From: Eledone cirrhosa
Lineage: Eukaryota
Reading direction: 5' to 3'
Assembly (NCBI GenBank): GCA_964016885.1
Contig: OZ024742.1
Location: 210,986,001-211,050,000, forward strand
Length of the DNA stretch: 64,000 bases
Below are positions 10,801 through 25,800 of the stretch, in pieces; positions within the stretch are counted from its first letter, which is position 1, and every line of letters begins with the position of its first letter. The notes beneath the pieces are model-generated. The model was not told where the DNA came from, ran no database searches, and saw nothing but the letters and a program-made list of their open reading frames with translations. The translations under genes were made by a program, and so were the position numbers.

Positions 10801-13800
10801 GAATTGAACTCACAACCTTTCGATTGCAAGGCCAATGCTCTAACCACTAAGCCATGTGCCTCCATATAAATAAAAATATAAACAATATAAATAAAAATTA
10901 AGAGGTGCCTACTGACTGTAGGTTTGTATGCAATGGCAGTTGGGTCTTCTGTACAACTGCATGGCGCCAAAGGTCTCGATCCAGTGTCATTGTCTTAGAG
11001 AGGTGTGGGTGAGCAAGGTCAGTTTTTATCACCTCGTCCCAGGTTTTTCTTGGTCTACCCACTCCGTAGCTTCCATCAATTTTCATTGCTCTACACTTTT
11101 TTTATACAGCTGTCGTCTTTCATACGCATCACATGGCTATACCAACGCAATCTCCTCTCCAGAACACAACATTTGATACCTCTTATGCTCAGTCTCTCTC
11201 TCAATTTGTTTATGCTTCGCTGTTCATGCACATTACTATTACACATCCATTGGATCATTCAAGCTTCATTTCTTTCTAATCTATGCAAGTCTTCAGGACA
11301 CAACGCCCAGGTCTCACTGCCATGTAATATCACCATTCATATATAAGCATCATACAATCTGCCTTTCACTTTTCAAGAAAAACCCCTTCTGGCCAACAGC
11401 AGTATTAGCTCTCTGAACTTATTCCATCCTGTTCTAATTCTGGCTACTACACTTTCAGAGCACTCTCCTCCACTGATGATTTTGTCACCCAGTTAATGGA
11501 AAGTGTCTACTATTTCTATAGAACCATCTGGGCAGTTGAAGGAGATAGCATCCAGTGGGTCCTTGCTACTTACTGCACCTGAGCATCAGTCACATATAAA
11601 ATCTACATTCTTAGATAGCTTACCTGTGATCCCACTACATCTTTTATGTACTCATAGTTTGCATTTGGAACATAGAATGGAATTTCTACCTATTCCTTTC
11701 TTACACACTGAGCATAGTCATTTCCTAGCGAGCACCTGTACCCTATTCTCCTTTTTACATACTAGAACTTTAGTCTTAGACAAGTTGACTCTAAGGCCTT
11801 TTGATTCTAGGCCATGCTTCCATGTTTGGAACTTCTTCTCTAGTTCAGTCATGGATTCACCTATGAGAGTTAGATCATCTGCATATAGAAGTTCCCATGG
11901 GCAGCCAGTCTTGAACCCTTCTGTTATAGCCTGTAGGACAATAATAAACAGGAGGAGGCTAAGGACGGAGCCTTGGTGAACCCCCAACTATTATGCTAAA
12001 TTCATCACTATATTCATTGTTAATTCTAACCTTGCTGACTGTTCCTCTGTACATGGCATGTATAGCTCTCACAAGCCATTCTTCCACTCCTAGTTTTCTA
12101 ATAGCCCACCAGATTAAGGTGTGTGGGACTCTGTCAAAGGCCATCTTCAGGTCAACAAAGGCTAAGTAGAGGGGTTTACCATTAGCTAGGTACTTTTCCT
12201 GTAGTTGCCGTACAAGGAAAAGAGCATCCGTGGTACTTTTACCTGGCACAAGCCCAAACTGCATTTCAACTAGATCAATTCGGTCTCTAATCAATTGAGT
12301 AATAACTCTTTCTGTGACTTTCAAGACCTGGTCAACTAATTTAATGCCCCTATAGTTTCTTCCATCCAGGGGTCTCCTTTGCCCTTGTAACAGTTGACGA
12401 TGATGCTGCTACGCCAGTCAATTGGTATGACCCCATTCTGTATTATTTGGTTTACTATCCAGGTGACCATAGTATGTCTTATCATTCCAGATACCTTCAA
12501 CATTTCAGCAACTATCCCTGAAGGCCCAGCTGCCTTGCCTGTCATCATATCTCTGATTGCCTTACTTACTATACTACCATTTCCTTGCATAGCTGGTCCT
12601 TCTGTTAGATCAATATGGGGCAGAATATCTTTATTCCATTCATTCTCCTCATTCAGTAGTCTCTCGTAGTGACACTTACAGGCTACCTTCTTATCACTAT
12701 CAGTGAGGTCAAGTATACCATCATCATTATGGACACACATCTCTCTGACAATATCTCAATTCTCCTTGACACATTGCCTCGCAATCCTGAATACCTCATG
12801 TCTTTGGTCCTCCCGTTGTAGAATATGCTTGAACTTGCTATCCTCTGCTTTCCTCTTTGCAAAGTATACTTGTTGTCTAGCTTCACTCCTAGCTACCTGA
12901 TAGAGTTTTCTACTACCCTCATCCTGCCATTCTTCCCAAGCCTGCTTTTTGCCTTTGATGGACCCCTCCACCTTACTGTTCCACCACCATGTCACTCTCC
13001 TGCCTAACAGTCTGCTCCAGCCACAGATTTCATCAGTCACCTTCAACAGGTTAACTTTCAGGAATTCCCATTGTATATATATCTATTTTATTCACAATTG
13101 GTATGTTAAAGATAATGTAAAAATCTAAATATTAGATGGATTGATAATTGATTTTTTTTTTTTTTTTTTCTTCTTCCTATTTCATAGCCTAAAGGAGAAA
13201 GAGTAATATCAAGAGTGTTTTCAAAAGATGATATTTTGAACTATATTTTTACACTGTTAGCCCAAAAGAAAACATTTATAGCTGCTTGTCAATTGCTTGA
13301 GGATATGTTACAAATGAGGCAGGAAGTTTTGGATTTACATAAAATATGTAAGTCTTTGAAATGAAACCGTTATTGTTGTTTTTTGTTTGTTTTTTTCTTT
13401 TTTGCTAATGTGTTTTTGACCCCTCAAGTTATATTCAAGTATTTATCAGCTCATGATGCTGCTGCTGATGATGATAATTCAACATTGACTCAGAGAAACA
13501 TCATTTCATATGTTAGTGCACACTAGAATTTAGAGATTCATAATAGTAGATTGCCTCTATTAGAGAGGAAGAGAGGACAACATCCCGGAATGGACAGGCA
13601 TGAAGCTGGGTGCCACCATGAGGAGGGTGGAGAGGCGAGAGGAATGGAAGGAGCTGGTTACCAGGTCATCTGTGGTGCCTCAATGGTCCACCAGATTACG
13701 AGACAGATGAGAGAGAATAATAGATTAATTGCTTGATATCTCTGTACTCATGATTATCTGGGCAATTCAGGCTAAAGTACTTTTAAGTATTATAATTGAT

Positions 13801-16800
13801 TTAGAATGGTAAAAAATTGTTATTTTATCTTAGTGGCAATGTTTTGTCTAGAAAACATGAAATCAAAAGTGCAAGCTAATTTAAGAACAAACTCTTTTTT
13901 TCCTTTAGTGAATTGAATTATCTCATTAGTCTTCTCAATGGGAGAGATAAAATAAACTGAACGATCAATTATTGATTGGACTATTGTTATATGGGCCATG
14001 GTTTCCAACCCATTGCAGATGCTCCATTATGGCTTTGATTCTATCTACCTCCTTTTGCCTAGTTGTGGAGAAATAGGTTCCAGCAGTTGGTGAGAGGGGG
14101 GGTGGGGTGCTGGCAATAGACAAATGTCTCTCCAGGTGACAGTATATTTTTCATTCGCATAATGTTGTGAAGAGATTAAATTTATAATTTCTTGATAGGA
14201 AGGGCATCCAACCATAGAACCAAGCCAGAAACACTCCTATTTGAGTAAAACATGGTCACCTGACCTCAACTTACCTCAAATGGGACGACCCGTCTAACCC
14301 ATGCTAACGTGGAAAATGGACGTTAAACGATGATGATATATATATATATATGTATGTGTGTGTGATGTAGGAGTCATGCAAAAAAGCACCCAGCACACAC
14401 TATAAATGTGGTTGGTGTTAGGAAGTGCATCCAGCAGTAGAAACCTAGCCAGAAACATTCCTATATGAGTAAGTCACGGTCACCTGACCCAACTTACCTT
14501 AAATGGGACGACACGTCTAACCCATGCTAGCATTGAAAATGGACGTTAAACGATGATGATGATAACCATATTATATTTTATGTAAACCTTTTCTCTGATG
14601 CTATTATGTGTCAATTATATATGAGCATCATCATTCAAGCATTTGATGATGATGATGAGGGAAATGAAATGGTATGTAGTGACTAAGTAGAGTATATAGG
14701 ATTTGTAATATATGTATCAGCTATAGATTGAGGATTCAGAAGTGATATGGTACAAATATGAATTGAAAAGGGAAGATATGTGCTGGAACTGGTAATTGAT
14801 AGTCATTTTTGCAGAAGTGGGTTGGCAAAAATAACACGTCGAGTAAAATACCTTGTGGTATTTGGTTACATTCCTTTATGTTCTAAGTTCAAGTCCCACT
14901 CAAGTCGACTTTTCCTTTCTTCTTTTCGAAAACAATAAAATAAGTACCAGACAGGGTACAGGGGTTGATATAATCAACTCAAACCTTTGAAAGCAGTGCC
15001 CCCAGCATGGCCACAGTCCAATGACTGAAACCAGTAAAAGAATTGATCTCCAATGTGAGGTAGGTTATTTTATATTTTTGCATATCAGGTAGTATGACGG
15101 CATATACTATAAGAATATTTCTATTGCCAGTAAAGAAATTAGCATAGGAATATGGAGATTCTTTAACTTTTGGCCCCTACTGTATGTTAATTAATATCTA
15201 TTTATCTAGGTTTCAACGAAAATTATATAATTTATTGGTTACTTTCTATATTTCAGATAATTTGCCAGGTCTAATATCTTGTCTAAGTGATAGAGAGTTA
15301 TCCAACTTCTGCCGAATTCTTGCAATAACTATATCTGAGTTAGATATTTATGAAAATAAATCTTCATGTAAGTATTAATGATATTTTCTGCATGAAAGAA
15401 CAGTAAAATGGCAGACATGGTAGAGTGCCAGACTAAATGATATATTCCTTTATATTCTGAGTTCTAATCCCACTGAGTTGACTTTTCCTTTCACCTCTCC
15501 AGAGTTAATAAGTACTAGTGGTGTATCTCTAAAAATTTGGCTTTCTGCCAAAGCTAGAAAAAATATTTTATGCTAGTGAGTGGATTCACTAATAGATCAG
15601 ATGGAAGTTTATTTATTTATTGGAATTTAGCCATTTGTAGTGCCTGTTATCAAAGATTTCTGAGCCAACAAGGGAGCCTCTGCGTAGTCACACAATTGGC
15701 TAGCCAAATCACAACCTAAAATCTTTAAAAGAAAAACTTTATTGGATAAGGTAGTCCTCGATGTGCTGTCCAAAATTAAGATGGGATAGTCACAACTGGA
15801 ATGTCTTTGACCATAGATCTGAATGATCAGTGCTGTCCTGGGATTAAACAACAACAAAATTGTGATATTTTTTATGAATAGGATTGTTAAATAGGCAAAT
15901 AATATTTAGAGTTGTGAAAATTTAAACAATCTTCACATAGATCTGAATTGGACACTATCTTTGGATCAAGGTCTGTTGAAAAAGTATCTGAATTAGTTTT
16001 TTCCTGTGAGAAGTCATGATGTTAGGGATACAAAACTGTGCAGAATGGAGCCCCATACATTCATATGCTTGCATGGATTTTTGCAGGCCTGCGGGATACA
16101 TTAGTTGCTGTCGGGCAGCCAGCATGTGAAGTGCTGTATTACCTACTCATTGCATTGTCATTTTGGCTGATACTGCCAACATAGATCCTGAGTTCCTGAA
16201 TACTGTGATAACTGGAGACAAGAATTGGGTGTACAGATATAACCTGGTAAACCAAGCTCAGTTGTTAAAGTGGAAGTGTCCAACATTGCCAAGGACCAAA
16301 AAAGCATGTCATGATGATGCTTTACAAATACGCACCAGAAAGATAAATAATTACAAAGACATCCTCTGATGTCTTCGTGCTGGAGTTCAGCACGAGATAG
16401 GATCTGGATGTCTTGCAAAACTATTAACTGCATCATGTCAACACCCTGGCTTATTTATCGCAGCTGATCCAAGGTTTCGTGGCAGAGACAGGTATTTCTC
16501 TCATTTGGTAGGCTTCGTGTTCTCCAGATAAATGCTCCTTCTTACTTCTGGTTGTTTCCTAAGTTGAAGATGTTACTGAGAGGCTCCCATGTTTGACAGT
16601 TGAAAGAATATCATACAGACTGCAACAGCAGAGAGCCATTTCCAAAGAAGCATTTCAGACTTGCTTTGAACAGTGGAAGGATTGCTGGGCTAACTGTGTA
16701 AAGGCAAAAAGGACCTACTTCAAAAGAGATTAGCAATTGAACCCCACCAAGTACATAATTTTTTTTTCACAGCCTAAGGTCAAATACTTTTTTAACAGAC

Positions 16801-19800
16801 CTTGTCTTTTATGGCAGAATAACTTTATGAACATATTTTTCCAACCCATGCCAGCAGAGAAAAGATGTAAAATGTTGGCAATGATAATGAACTTCTCTGT
16901 AAATATTTGATCAGATTCTTTCTTCCTTCATTGTTACTACATGTTCTCTCTCTATTTTAGTATTTGCACAGAATAAACAAAAACGAAGTAATGGTTTTGT
17001 GAATATTAGAGATGTCAATCAAGGTTTGTCTGCTTGATATAATTTTCACTAGTATTTTTTCTTCTTTACAAGTTTTTATTCATTATTTAAAAATGCTACA
17101 ATTCTTAATAAGTCTTCTCTTTTTTATGCTAATGTTTGAACCGGGCTAAAATATAATGAATTGGTAAATTTCTAAATTTTATTCTTGTATTTTTTTTACC
17201 TGTAAAGAAATATTGACATCTCTTCCTCCCATTCTTTTTAAGTTATAGAAACTGTGTACTTAAGTATGTCTTCCCGTTTAATATAAACCACATAATGGGA
17301 TATAAAAATAGGATGATATGTTAGCTTCTTCACATGAAGTTACATGTTAACTTCTGAGAACTGCTGGCATATTAGCCTTATCATCATCATTTTACATCCG
17401 CTTTTCCCTGCTTGCAAAACATGCACAAATGCATGCTTGAAGATACAAGTAATACTACATTATCATTTGTGTCTCAAGATCTAAACTCTGCTCTGGACTG
17501 CAGCCAATCTATAATAAAATGGGAGCAATCTCAGCTTTCCTACATCATCCAAATTCATTTTATTGCAATCAGCACCAACATCTCCAAAACAAATTGGTGA
17601 GTGTATCTAGAATTTGTTGAGTGTTGGACAAAATACTTTGTGATATTTATGTCCCTTTAACATTCTGAGAAATTTCTAGCCATATTCATGTTGCCTTTTG
17701 TTCTGAGGTTGATGAAAAACCATATATATTTAGATATGTCAGAGCTCCATTGGACCCTTGAGTTTATGTCAAAAGACATGACAACTTCTCCTGTGCAGTT
17801 AATAGAAGGTATGACTGTACATAAGCGAGATGCAAGCTCTCCCCCCCCCCCCCCCAGCTTGCCTGGAGGTCAGAAGTCCTGCTTCAGTACTGACTTGATC
17901 TATTTAGCAGATGTTAAACAAAGATGATGATTTACAATGGTGTGACTTATATATGAGGTTGTATGGTCAGTACTAGGGATCAATATATTGGATTATAGCT
18001 TAGAAAGCAGTTTTCATGCTTGAGCATAATCCAGTTATTGATACCAATTGCACCTTTCATCAAAACATTACAGTGTTTATTATTTATTAGATTAATTAGG
18101 GCGGTTGATTGGCAGTATCGGTAGAGGGTTGGACGCCATGCTTTGACGCATAGAGTTACGGTCCTTGCCATTCTGAGTTCAAATCCCGCCGAGGTTAACT
18201 TTGCCTTTCATCCTTACGGGGTCGATAAAATAAAGTACCAGTAATACACTGGGTAATTGCTGGCCTTGTGCCAAAAGTAGAAACAATTATTTATTAGATT
18301 AATTATTAGGTGGTTATGGTTTTGTGGTCACCTGGCTTGTCTAGCTTCAGAATGTGACAACCCATCTAATACATGCATGCATGGAAAATTGATGTGAAAC
18401 AATGGTGATAATAATGGACAAAATGCTCTGCAGTATTTCATTGCACCTCTAAGTTATGATTTAGAATCACAGCAAAGTTGAATTTGCCTTTCATCCTTCA
18501 ATAGTCAATAATATAAGATGGGATGTTACGAATAATTTAAAGAAGTCACACTAAATATTAATTAGTTGATATAAAACTAATGTAACTAGTCGTTAATTAA
18601 TCAATGCGTACACCAGTGATAATCCAGAAGACATATACCATTGTATTCTATTTCAGAACTTCTTTTAGGAATACCAGAATTATTACCAAGATTGGTTAAT
18701 ATCACAGTTTCAAAAGCAAAAGACTGTAAGTACACCAACAGATCTTTGTTTCCATAGTTATTTGTTATTTTAATTCAATTTAGAACATATTTATAATTCT
18801 TATTGTCTTGTCATATCATAGAGTAAGAAACTGCTACAATTTTAAATGTTCACTGGATTTCTGCAAACTTGTTATCATAAACTATGAATGATATATATGC
18901 AGCAATGTGAGGTTATGATGCAGGATTTCAAACATTACTACTACAGCCTTGTCATTGTACTCTGATAAATTACTAAAATTACTTGCTCTACTTTGTGCAG
19001 TTGACAAACAGGTTCCACACAGTTGATTGGTTAGTGGTAGAAAAGCCATGAATTGAAAATTAAATTTACTAAACACACAACAGAGTCAAAGTATTACTTA
19101 ATACCAAATTATTCTGGCATGTTGTCAGAAAAAAGGCTTTTACAAAATATAGAATAAAACAAGCACACCAACTTCTCATGGACTGAATTTGTCATAAATA
19201 ATCTAATTGTTAGAATTATAGAAGAAAGATAATTAAATCAGAATACATATATATTGCTAGCATGGAAAAGCAGGTGTAAATTGTTACGTTTTTATAATTG
19301 TCTTTTTCCTTGTAACTGCACCTTTTCTGTTTTAAAACCTATCAAAAGTGATTTTGGCGGTGCCGGAATGGATTATTTATATTCTAATTAATTTCAATAG
19401 GGAAAATTGATTTGTAAAACGAGTAAATCGTAAAACAAGATCGATCGTAGAACGAATTAAACTCGTACTGCGAGATATCACTGTATTATATTTCCTCTCA
19501 AGTAATTTAAACAATTCAATACTCACAAAATAGGTTTTTGCTGTTGTTGTAGATACACCAAGATTTCCAGGTTTTGCAAGTGAATTAGATTGTTGGATAG
19601 AATGGATAGAAAACCAAATGGATGATGATGACTTGTCAGAAGATGCGAATACTGATGAATTTGAAGATTTTGTTGGTGGTATGTTGATTTGGAAGAAAAT
19701 AGAGATACTTTTTAACATTATTGTCATGACTTATAAAAAAGTTCATATAAATCTGGATGATATATTTAGAGATTGGAAGTAGATTAAACACTGTTAGTTT

Positions 19801-22800
19801 TCATTTACTTCCAGAAAAAAATGTGTCAACAATTTCTTGTCATATCTTATACCTCAAACATCTAACCAAAGCCTCTATACGGCTGCTGAAACTGCCAATA
19901 CTCCTCCCAAAGTAACACCTATCTTAAAAATGGAAAAGACATATTAGATAATACAGTCCTTTGCACACCGAGAAAACAGACGGGATGTTTATGGCTATAA
20001 TTCCTTTGGTCATAGGTTAACTCAAGCAATCTGACTGGGGGGGGGGGGGGGGGGGGGGCTAACCAACAACTACTTAGAAGAGGTGGTACTTCAACATGAT
20101 ATTTCAGTAATATTTTTTTTTTATCTGTTAAAAGCAATCTGCCTGCATTTTAATGATAAGAGGCTACACTTTCTCCAGTGACAACCTGGTGCATTTCAGT
20201 GACAGATCCAAGTTTTGTTGCTCAACAAGCTAAAGATTGCAAGCTGTTGCAGTTTCAGCCACTTTCTGATAGGTTTGTTGTTGGACCTGTATCGGTAGAG
20301 ACTTCCTGCATTCATGGCCCCCATCCCACCTCCCTTCTCACTGTCATTGGGGTGGTGTATCCACTCAGACTGTGAGGTGGCATGTGTGTGCCACATTGGG
20401 GTAGCAATGATTGTGCATACTTAATTAAATAAGCCATTAATTTGTTATAAAAATATTTAAGAGGTACTGTTGGGTAAAAGACTTAGAAGTTCTTAAATAA
20501 AATATAGACATAGATTAAGCCGGTTATATGATGCCTGTGTGAGGAGCGCGATGCTGCATGGTAGTGAGACTTGGGCAGCAACTGCAGAGGATATGCGACG
20601 GCTGGAGAGAAATGAGGCAAGCATGCTCCGTTGGATGTGCAATGTCAATGTGCGTGAACGACCCAGCATGGATGTGTTGAGAGAGAAACTGTGTCTGAGA
20701 TGGATAGAATGTAGTGTGCGAGAGAGGAGATTGCGGTGGTATGGACATGTGATGCGCATGGAGGATGACCGATGGGTGAAAAAGTGCCAGGAAATGCTAG
20801 TTGAAGGAAGACATGGTAGAGGTAGACCACGAAAAACATGGGCGGAGGTGGTGAGAACAGACCTCAGATCATTGAAGCTCACGGTGGAGATGACGAAGGA
20901 CCATGACAAGTGGAGAGATGCTGTGCTGAATAAGACCCATCTCACCCTTGCAAGCAGGGAAAAGCGGACGTAAAATGATGATGATGATTATGATGAAGCT
21001 AAAGGAAGTATAACAGAGTTGGGCAGCCTTGTTGGTAATGTTCCTAAATTGTCAATAATTTTCTCTAAACAAAAAAAGAAAATTATTTTGTGTCATGGAT
21101 TGGCAGTATCAGTAGAGGGTTGGACGCCATGCTTTGCAGCATAGAGTTACTGCCCTTTATGGTCTAAGTTCAAATCCTGCTGAGGTTAACTTTGCCTTTC
21201 ATCCTTATGGGATCGATACACTGACATAATTGCTGGCCTCGTGCCAAAAGTAGAAACAATTATAATTTCAATATTAAGAATTAGTAAAGTCAGTAATGAG
21301 GAAATCTGTAAAATATTTTACTTATTTCATTGTATTTTATATTTCTAGGAATTTCTGTAGCCACAGCACCAGGTTCTTCATTAAAAACTCAGCAAGGATT
21401 ACGAATAACAGAAGACCTTGAACAGCGAGTAGAAGTTGTTTATGTTCTTGGCTTATTCTTAATGGGTAAACATCGGAAAAAAGTAAGTTGTACTGAGAAT
21501 TGTGTTTGTAACATTTCATTCTATTCTTTGTTGTTTTTTTTTATCTTTTTAATTTTCACATAGGTATATTATAAATGTTTTAAATTTCATATGTCACAAT
21601 TAATTAATATATGCAAGTTAAAGGCATTAAAAAAAACAATTTTGATCCTAGTATGAGGATTTGCAGGGTTTCTTATTTTCTGTTAGATACTATTTTTAAT
21701 ACTACCTTCTCAACTGAAATGATAATAGACTTGGCCTGATGGGTGTTGTGAGATTTTGTATAATTGACATCCTTTATAAACAACAGCATATAATGGTGCA
21801 TTGGAAATTAAAGCTTTATGATCCATCTTTCTAGAAAAATATATCCCAGTTGAGATTAAAAATAATAATCATTGTAATAATCAATTTTTCTAAACTTTTG
21901 AGTGAAATGTGTCTTAATCTGAATCCTGATTTATGTAAGATCCTGTCTTACGTATTCCTTTACTTTGTTCTCACCTTTGCACCATATTGAACCATTCCCC
22001 TAAACTAACATCAGGGTCCTTGCTTCACTACACATGTTTCACTGTTATTTAGCCTTACATTTTTCATACATGCATCATATAATCCACTTTTGTAAAAAGA
22101 AGAACTTCTCATATATGTATTTTGTTTTTCTTCCAGGTGCAGAGAAAATTAGCTGAATTAAAGCTAGCTCCTGGATTAAATGAACTTTTCGATCAGTTTA
22201 TATGGAAATGTCAAGTGTAAGTTGTTAAAATATTTCTGAATTACACCTTTGTCTTTACTTCTATATAATAGATCCATTTTATTGCAAGCATTTTTTTTAT
22301 TCTCCTTTCATTTCATTCAGTTTGTACTCACTGTATTTTTTTAATTATAAAATGAACCCTTCATCATTATCATTGTTTAATGTTTGTTTTCCCTGCTAGC
22401 AAGGATTGGACATGTTGTCACATACTGCACAAGCAGAGCCTCTGACCACCAAGTGGTCTAGGGGCCGTACATATGATTCTGTACTCTACCAAGTGCATTT
22501 TATTGTGGCTCCAACACTAGGAAAGTTGCCATGTCTTTGGCAGGTTTTCTATTTTGGGGAAAAAGTTTTTTAGAAAAAAAATATCTATATCGGTATTAAT
22601 TAGACATTAAAATACACTATGCATACCTATTTAAATATTGAGCTATATTTATGGCTTGAGTTTAGGTTAGAGGCAGATTTGTGTAAAAAATGTGTATTCT
22701 ACAGCGAAGAATATGTTATTTAAGTTATCATCATATAAACTTTCTCTTATTCACATACACATGATGGAACAAATAATAATGTGAACACTAAGTTTCAAAT

Positions 22801-25800
22801 CGATTTTATTTATTTTGGGAGGAGAAGCTATTTTTTAAAATTGTTTCCTATGAATGTATTAAAGTATATATAGTACTATTTAGAATATTGTTTTATATAA
22901 TTTAGAACAAGGCATGGAGTACGTCACAGGCTGATTGGACACAATTCCAGTTGTGAATGTAGCCCAGTAAGTATTGATTCATTGTTAAAGATGATATTTT
23001 TTCCCTTTCCTATACAGTGTTATTACTTTAGATTTCTGTGTACAACTTTTCATTGCTATATAACAGATATGTTATCTTACTTAGTATCCAAATTGTCTCT
23101 TAAATAAAAATCCTACCATCTTAAATGTTTTGAATTTGTTCCAAAGTTTAATGTTAAGTAAAATAAACTTAGCACAGAAGGATTCATTAAAAGTTGAAAA
23201 ATATTTGAAAAATTAAATTATACTCAAGAAGTTACACTGAAAATGAATTGCAAACAAAATACCAGTTTGAACTTTATAACTGTTTGTTTTGAATTTGAGT
23301 TCTTCAAGAGTCAACTTGGCCTTTGACTTTCCATAAATGCAATACTTATAAATCAACATATTGAATCTGGAAATTCAAAATCAAATATTTAACTGAATAC
23401 TTAGGTATATGGTTTATTTTGTAAAACCTAGTTGAAGCTACCCAACAGCTATCATTTACCTCATCTCAACTCAAATATAAATGGCAATTGTTAAAGAACA
23501 CAGAAACTGAAATAATATGCCATATGAGCAAGACGAGGTCAGCCGACCGGACACTGCTCATAACAGGACAACCCGTCTAGCCCATGCTAGCATGGAAGAA
23601 TGGACGTAAAATGGTGATGATGATGATGTCTGCTGCACTCTTGAAACACTACCACTACCTCTAGTTAACTAAAACCTTCATAGTCACAATAAATATTAAA
23701 TATCACTAATGATCTCTGCTGCCAATGCCACATCCACAACATAGCTAAAGACCCCCAAAGATTAGCTATGCTCTTTCAGGACTAGAAAATACTTTGGCTG
23801 CTAACAGTTTCTGACTCCCTACAAAATTCAAATAAGACCTACAAATGAACACTGCTACTGCTTCTCACAAATATCCTAGATAGCATCCAGAAAATGGCCA
23901 CCTATAACTGATTACCATGGAGTCACTCACCAATACGCTCCAGCCTCTTGTACACAAATATGCTATTCCCTCACTCTTCCTTTTCTGCTGCTACCAGAGT
24001 AGCCTCTGCTCTACTCTTCTAAACTGACTGGTCTTGTGTCTACTTTAACTTGTCCCACCTGATTCATGTGTCTCTCCTCATTTCATTACCCATACTCTGT
24101 CCATCCAATATACTCAAACCATTCAAAATAAATAAATAAATAAGTAAAATTATTTTTCATATTTGTCAATGCTTTGATAAACCATAGCTTTTTGGTACAT
24201 GTTTTGTCAGAGAGCTGATGCTTTTGACTCAATAATTTATGTGTTAGTTTATCATGCATCTTGTATATTGCTTTGGTTCTGAGCAACTGCAATGTAAACT
24301 ACTAAACTACCATACAAAATATAACAGCAAGATCTGTCAATTATTAATTTTGAAAACATTCAATATTAACAGAGCATAAAGACCATTTTCTGTGGGGGAT
24401 GATGGTTATCCTCATCATTTCAATGAATTATCCCCCTACATTTTCATTTGATAACTCTAAATCTTATAAATTTTGTGATAATATATATATATTGCTTTTC
24501 TTTTCATTTATTTTATTATTCATTCTCTACTTAATAGGAAGTTGCCTTGAAAATACAGTTCCTTCGACTTGTTCATAGTTTTTGTGATCACTCAGAGTAA
24601 GTGTATGTTTTTTATTCATTGGGTTTTATCTGAGAGAATGATAGGTACTCAAGGTCTTTGTTGGCCTGTTAAGAACAAACAGTTGTAGTTGACAGCTGCA
24701 GGGAAAATATGCATTGAGGGGATTCCAGAGGAGCAACATTCTTGGAAGGAATGACTGGGTATAGTAGTTAGTGTGGGATCCTGAGGTGAGTTGGTAGTGC
24801 CTGAGTAGAGATGGTATAAGACTGGGAGCAAATACCATTGTAGTAACTGTAGAAAAGGTAGAGAGGAGACAGTACATCTGTTTATGACTTGCTGTGATTG
24901 CAAAAGAGCAGGTTTTATAATATCATAGCATCATATTCTCCAGCTGATAAAGTTTTCCCTGCTATATCTTCTCTATACTTAATTAAATCAAGTATCATCA
25001 TCATCATCGTTTTTTACATTCCCTTTCAGTGCTAGCAAGGGTTGGATGGATCTACATAGACCAAGACAGTACTGAAGCGAGGCTACTGATGTCCTAGACA
25101 GGCCACAGATCTGCATCTCATCTCGCTTACATATGATTTCACGTTTTACCAAGTGCACAGGAGAGGTTGTCATGTCTTTGATACAACTGAAAGGTCCTCC
25201 CAGCCCTTTGTTTGGCAAGCTTTCAATGGCTGGATGCTCTTCCTATCACCAACCACTTTACAGTGTGTACTGGGTGCAAAAGGACAAAAGTATTTTCTGT
25301 CCCCAAAAAGGAAGGCTAGTCATTGTGATGCACTCTGATTACTTTATTGTAAACATATAACCGAACTACAAATAGCTGGGATGATACTGTGTTGAACTTC
25401 TAGCCAAAAGGTTGATGGTTTATGTCTCATCACTAGCATAGTGCACTATCTATGACAAAGGCATTTAACTTAATGGTCCAATCACCTAACTAAATAGCTA
25501 ACATGGAGAAGGTATAGCGTTCTGATGCTAGATACTGGAGCTCATCTATGAATCAGGAAAAGGTAACACAAATATGATCTAGTATTTTGTTTCTTGAGAA
25601 CCATGTAGATTTTGCAAAAAGGCACTACTTACGATTTTCAAATAATTTTTTAAATAATCAAGAATTTGGAGAGATTTAGTAATATACTTATTGTTTGGAA
25701 CATAGTTTAACAAAGGTTCTTACATTGAATTATGACAGAAGGTTTTAAAATAAATATATATGCTTTGAAGCCATGTTTCAGGCAGTTTGGTATTAAAAGG

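Noticed and set aside
18098-18195. tRNA gene-like head (ggcgg...ccgcc with A and B boxes)
   Set aside because: It continues into a SINE body repeated more than 10 times in the window, and there is no clean cloverleaf.
19377-19727. 116-aa minus-strand ORF (also 31277..31591)
   Set aside because: Antisense shadow of TRPC4AP exons.
20036-20058. Long G run and polyproline ORF; (CAC/CAT)n at 37995; (GGT/GAT)n at 57236
   Set aside because: Ordinary simple repeats.
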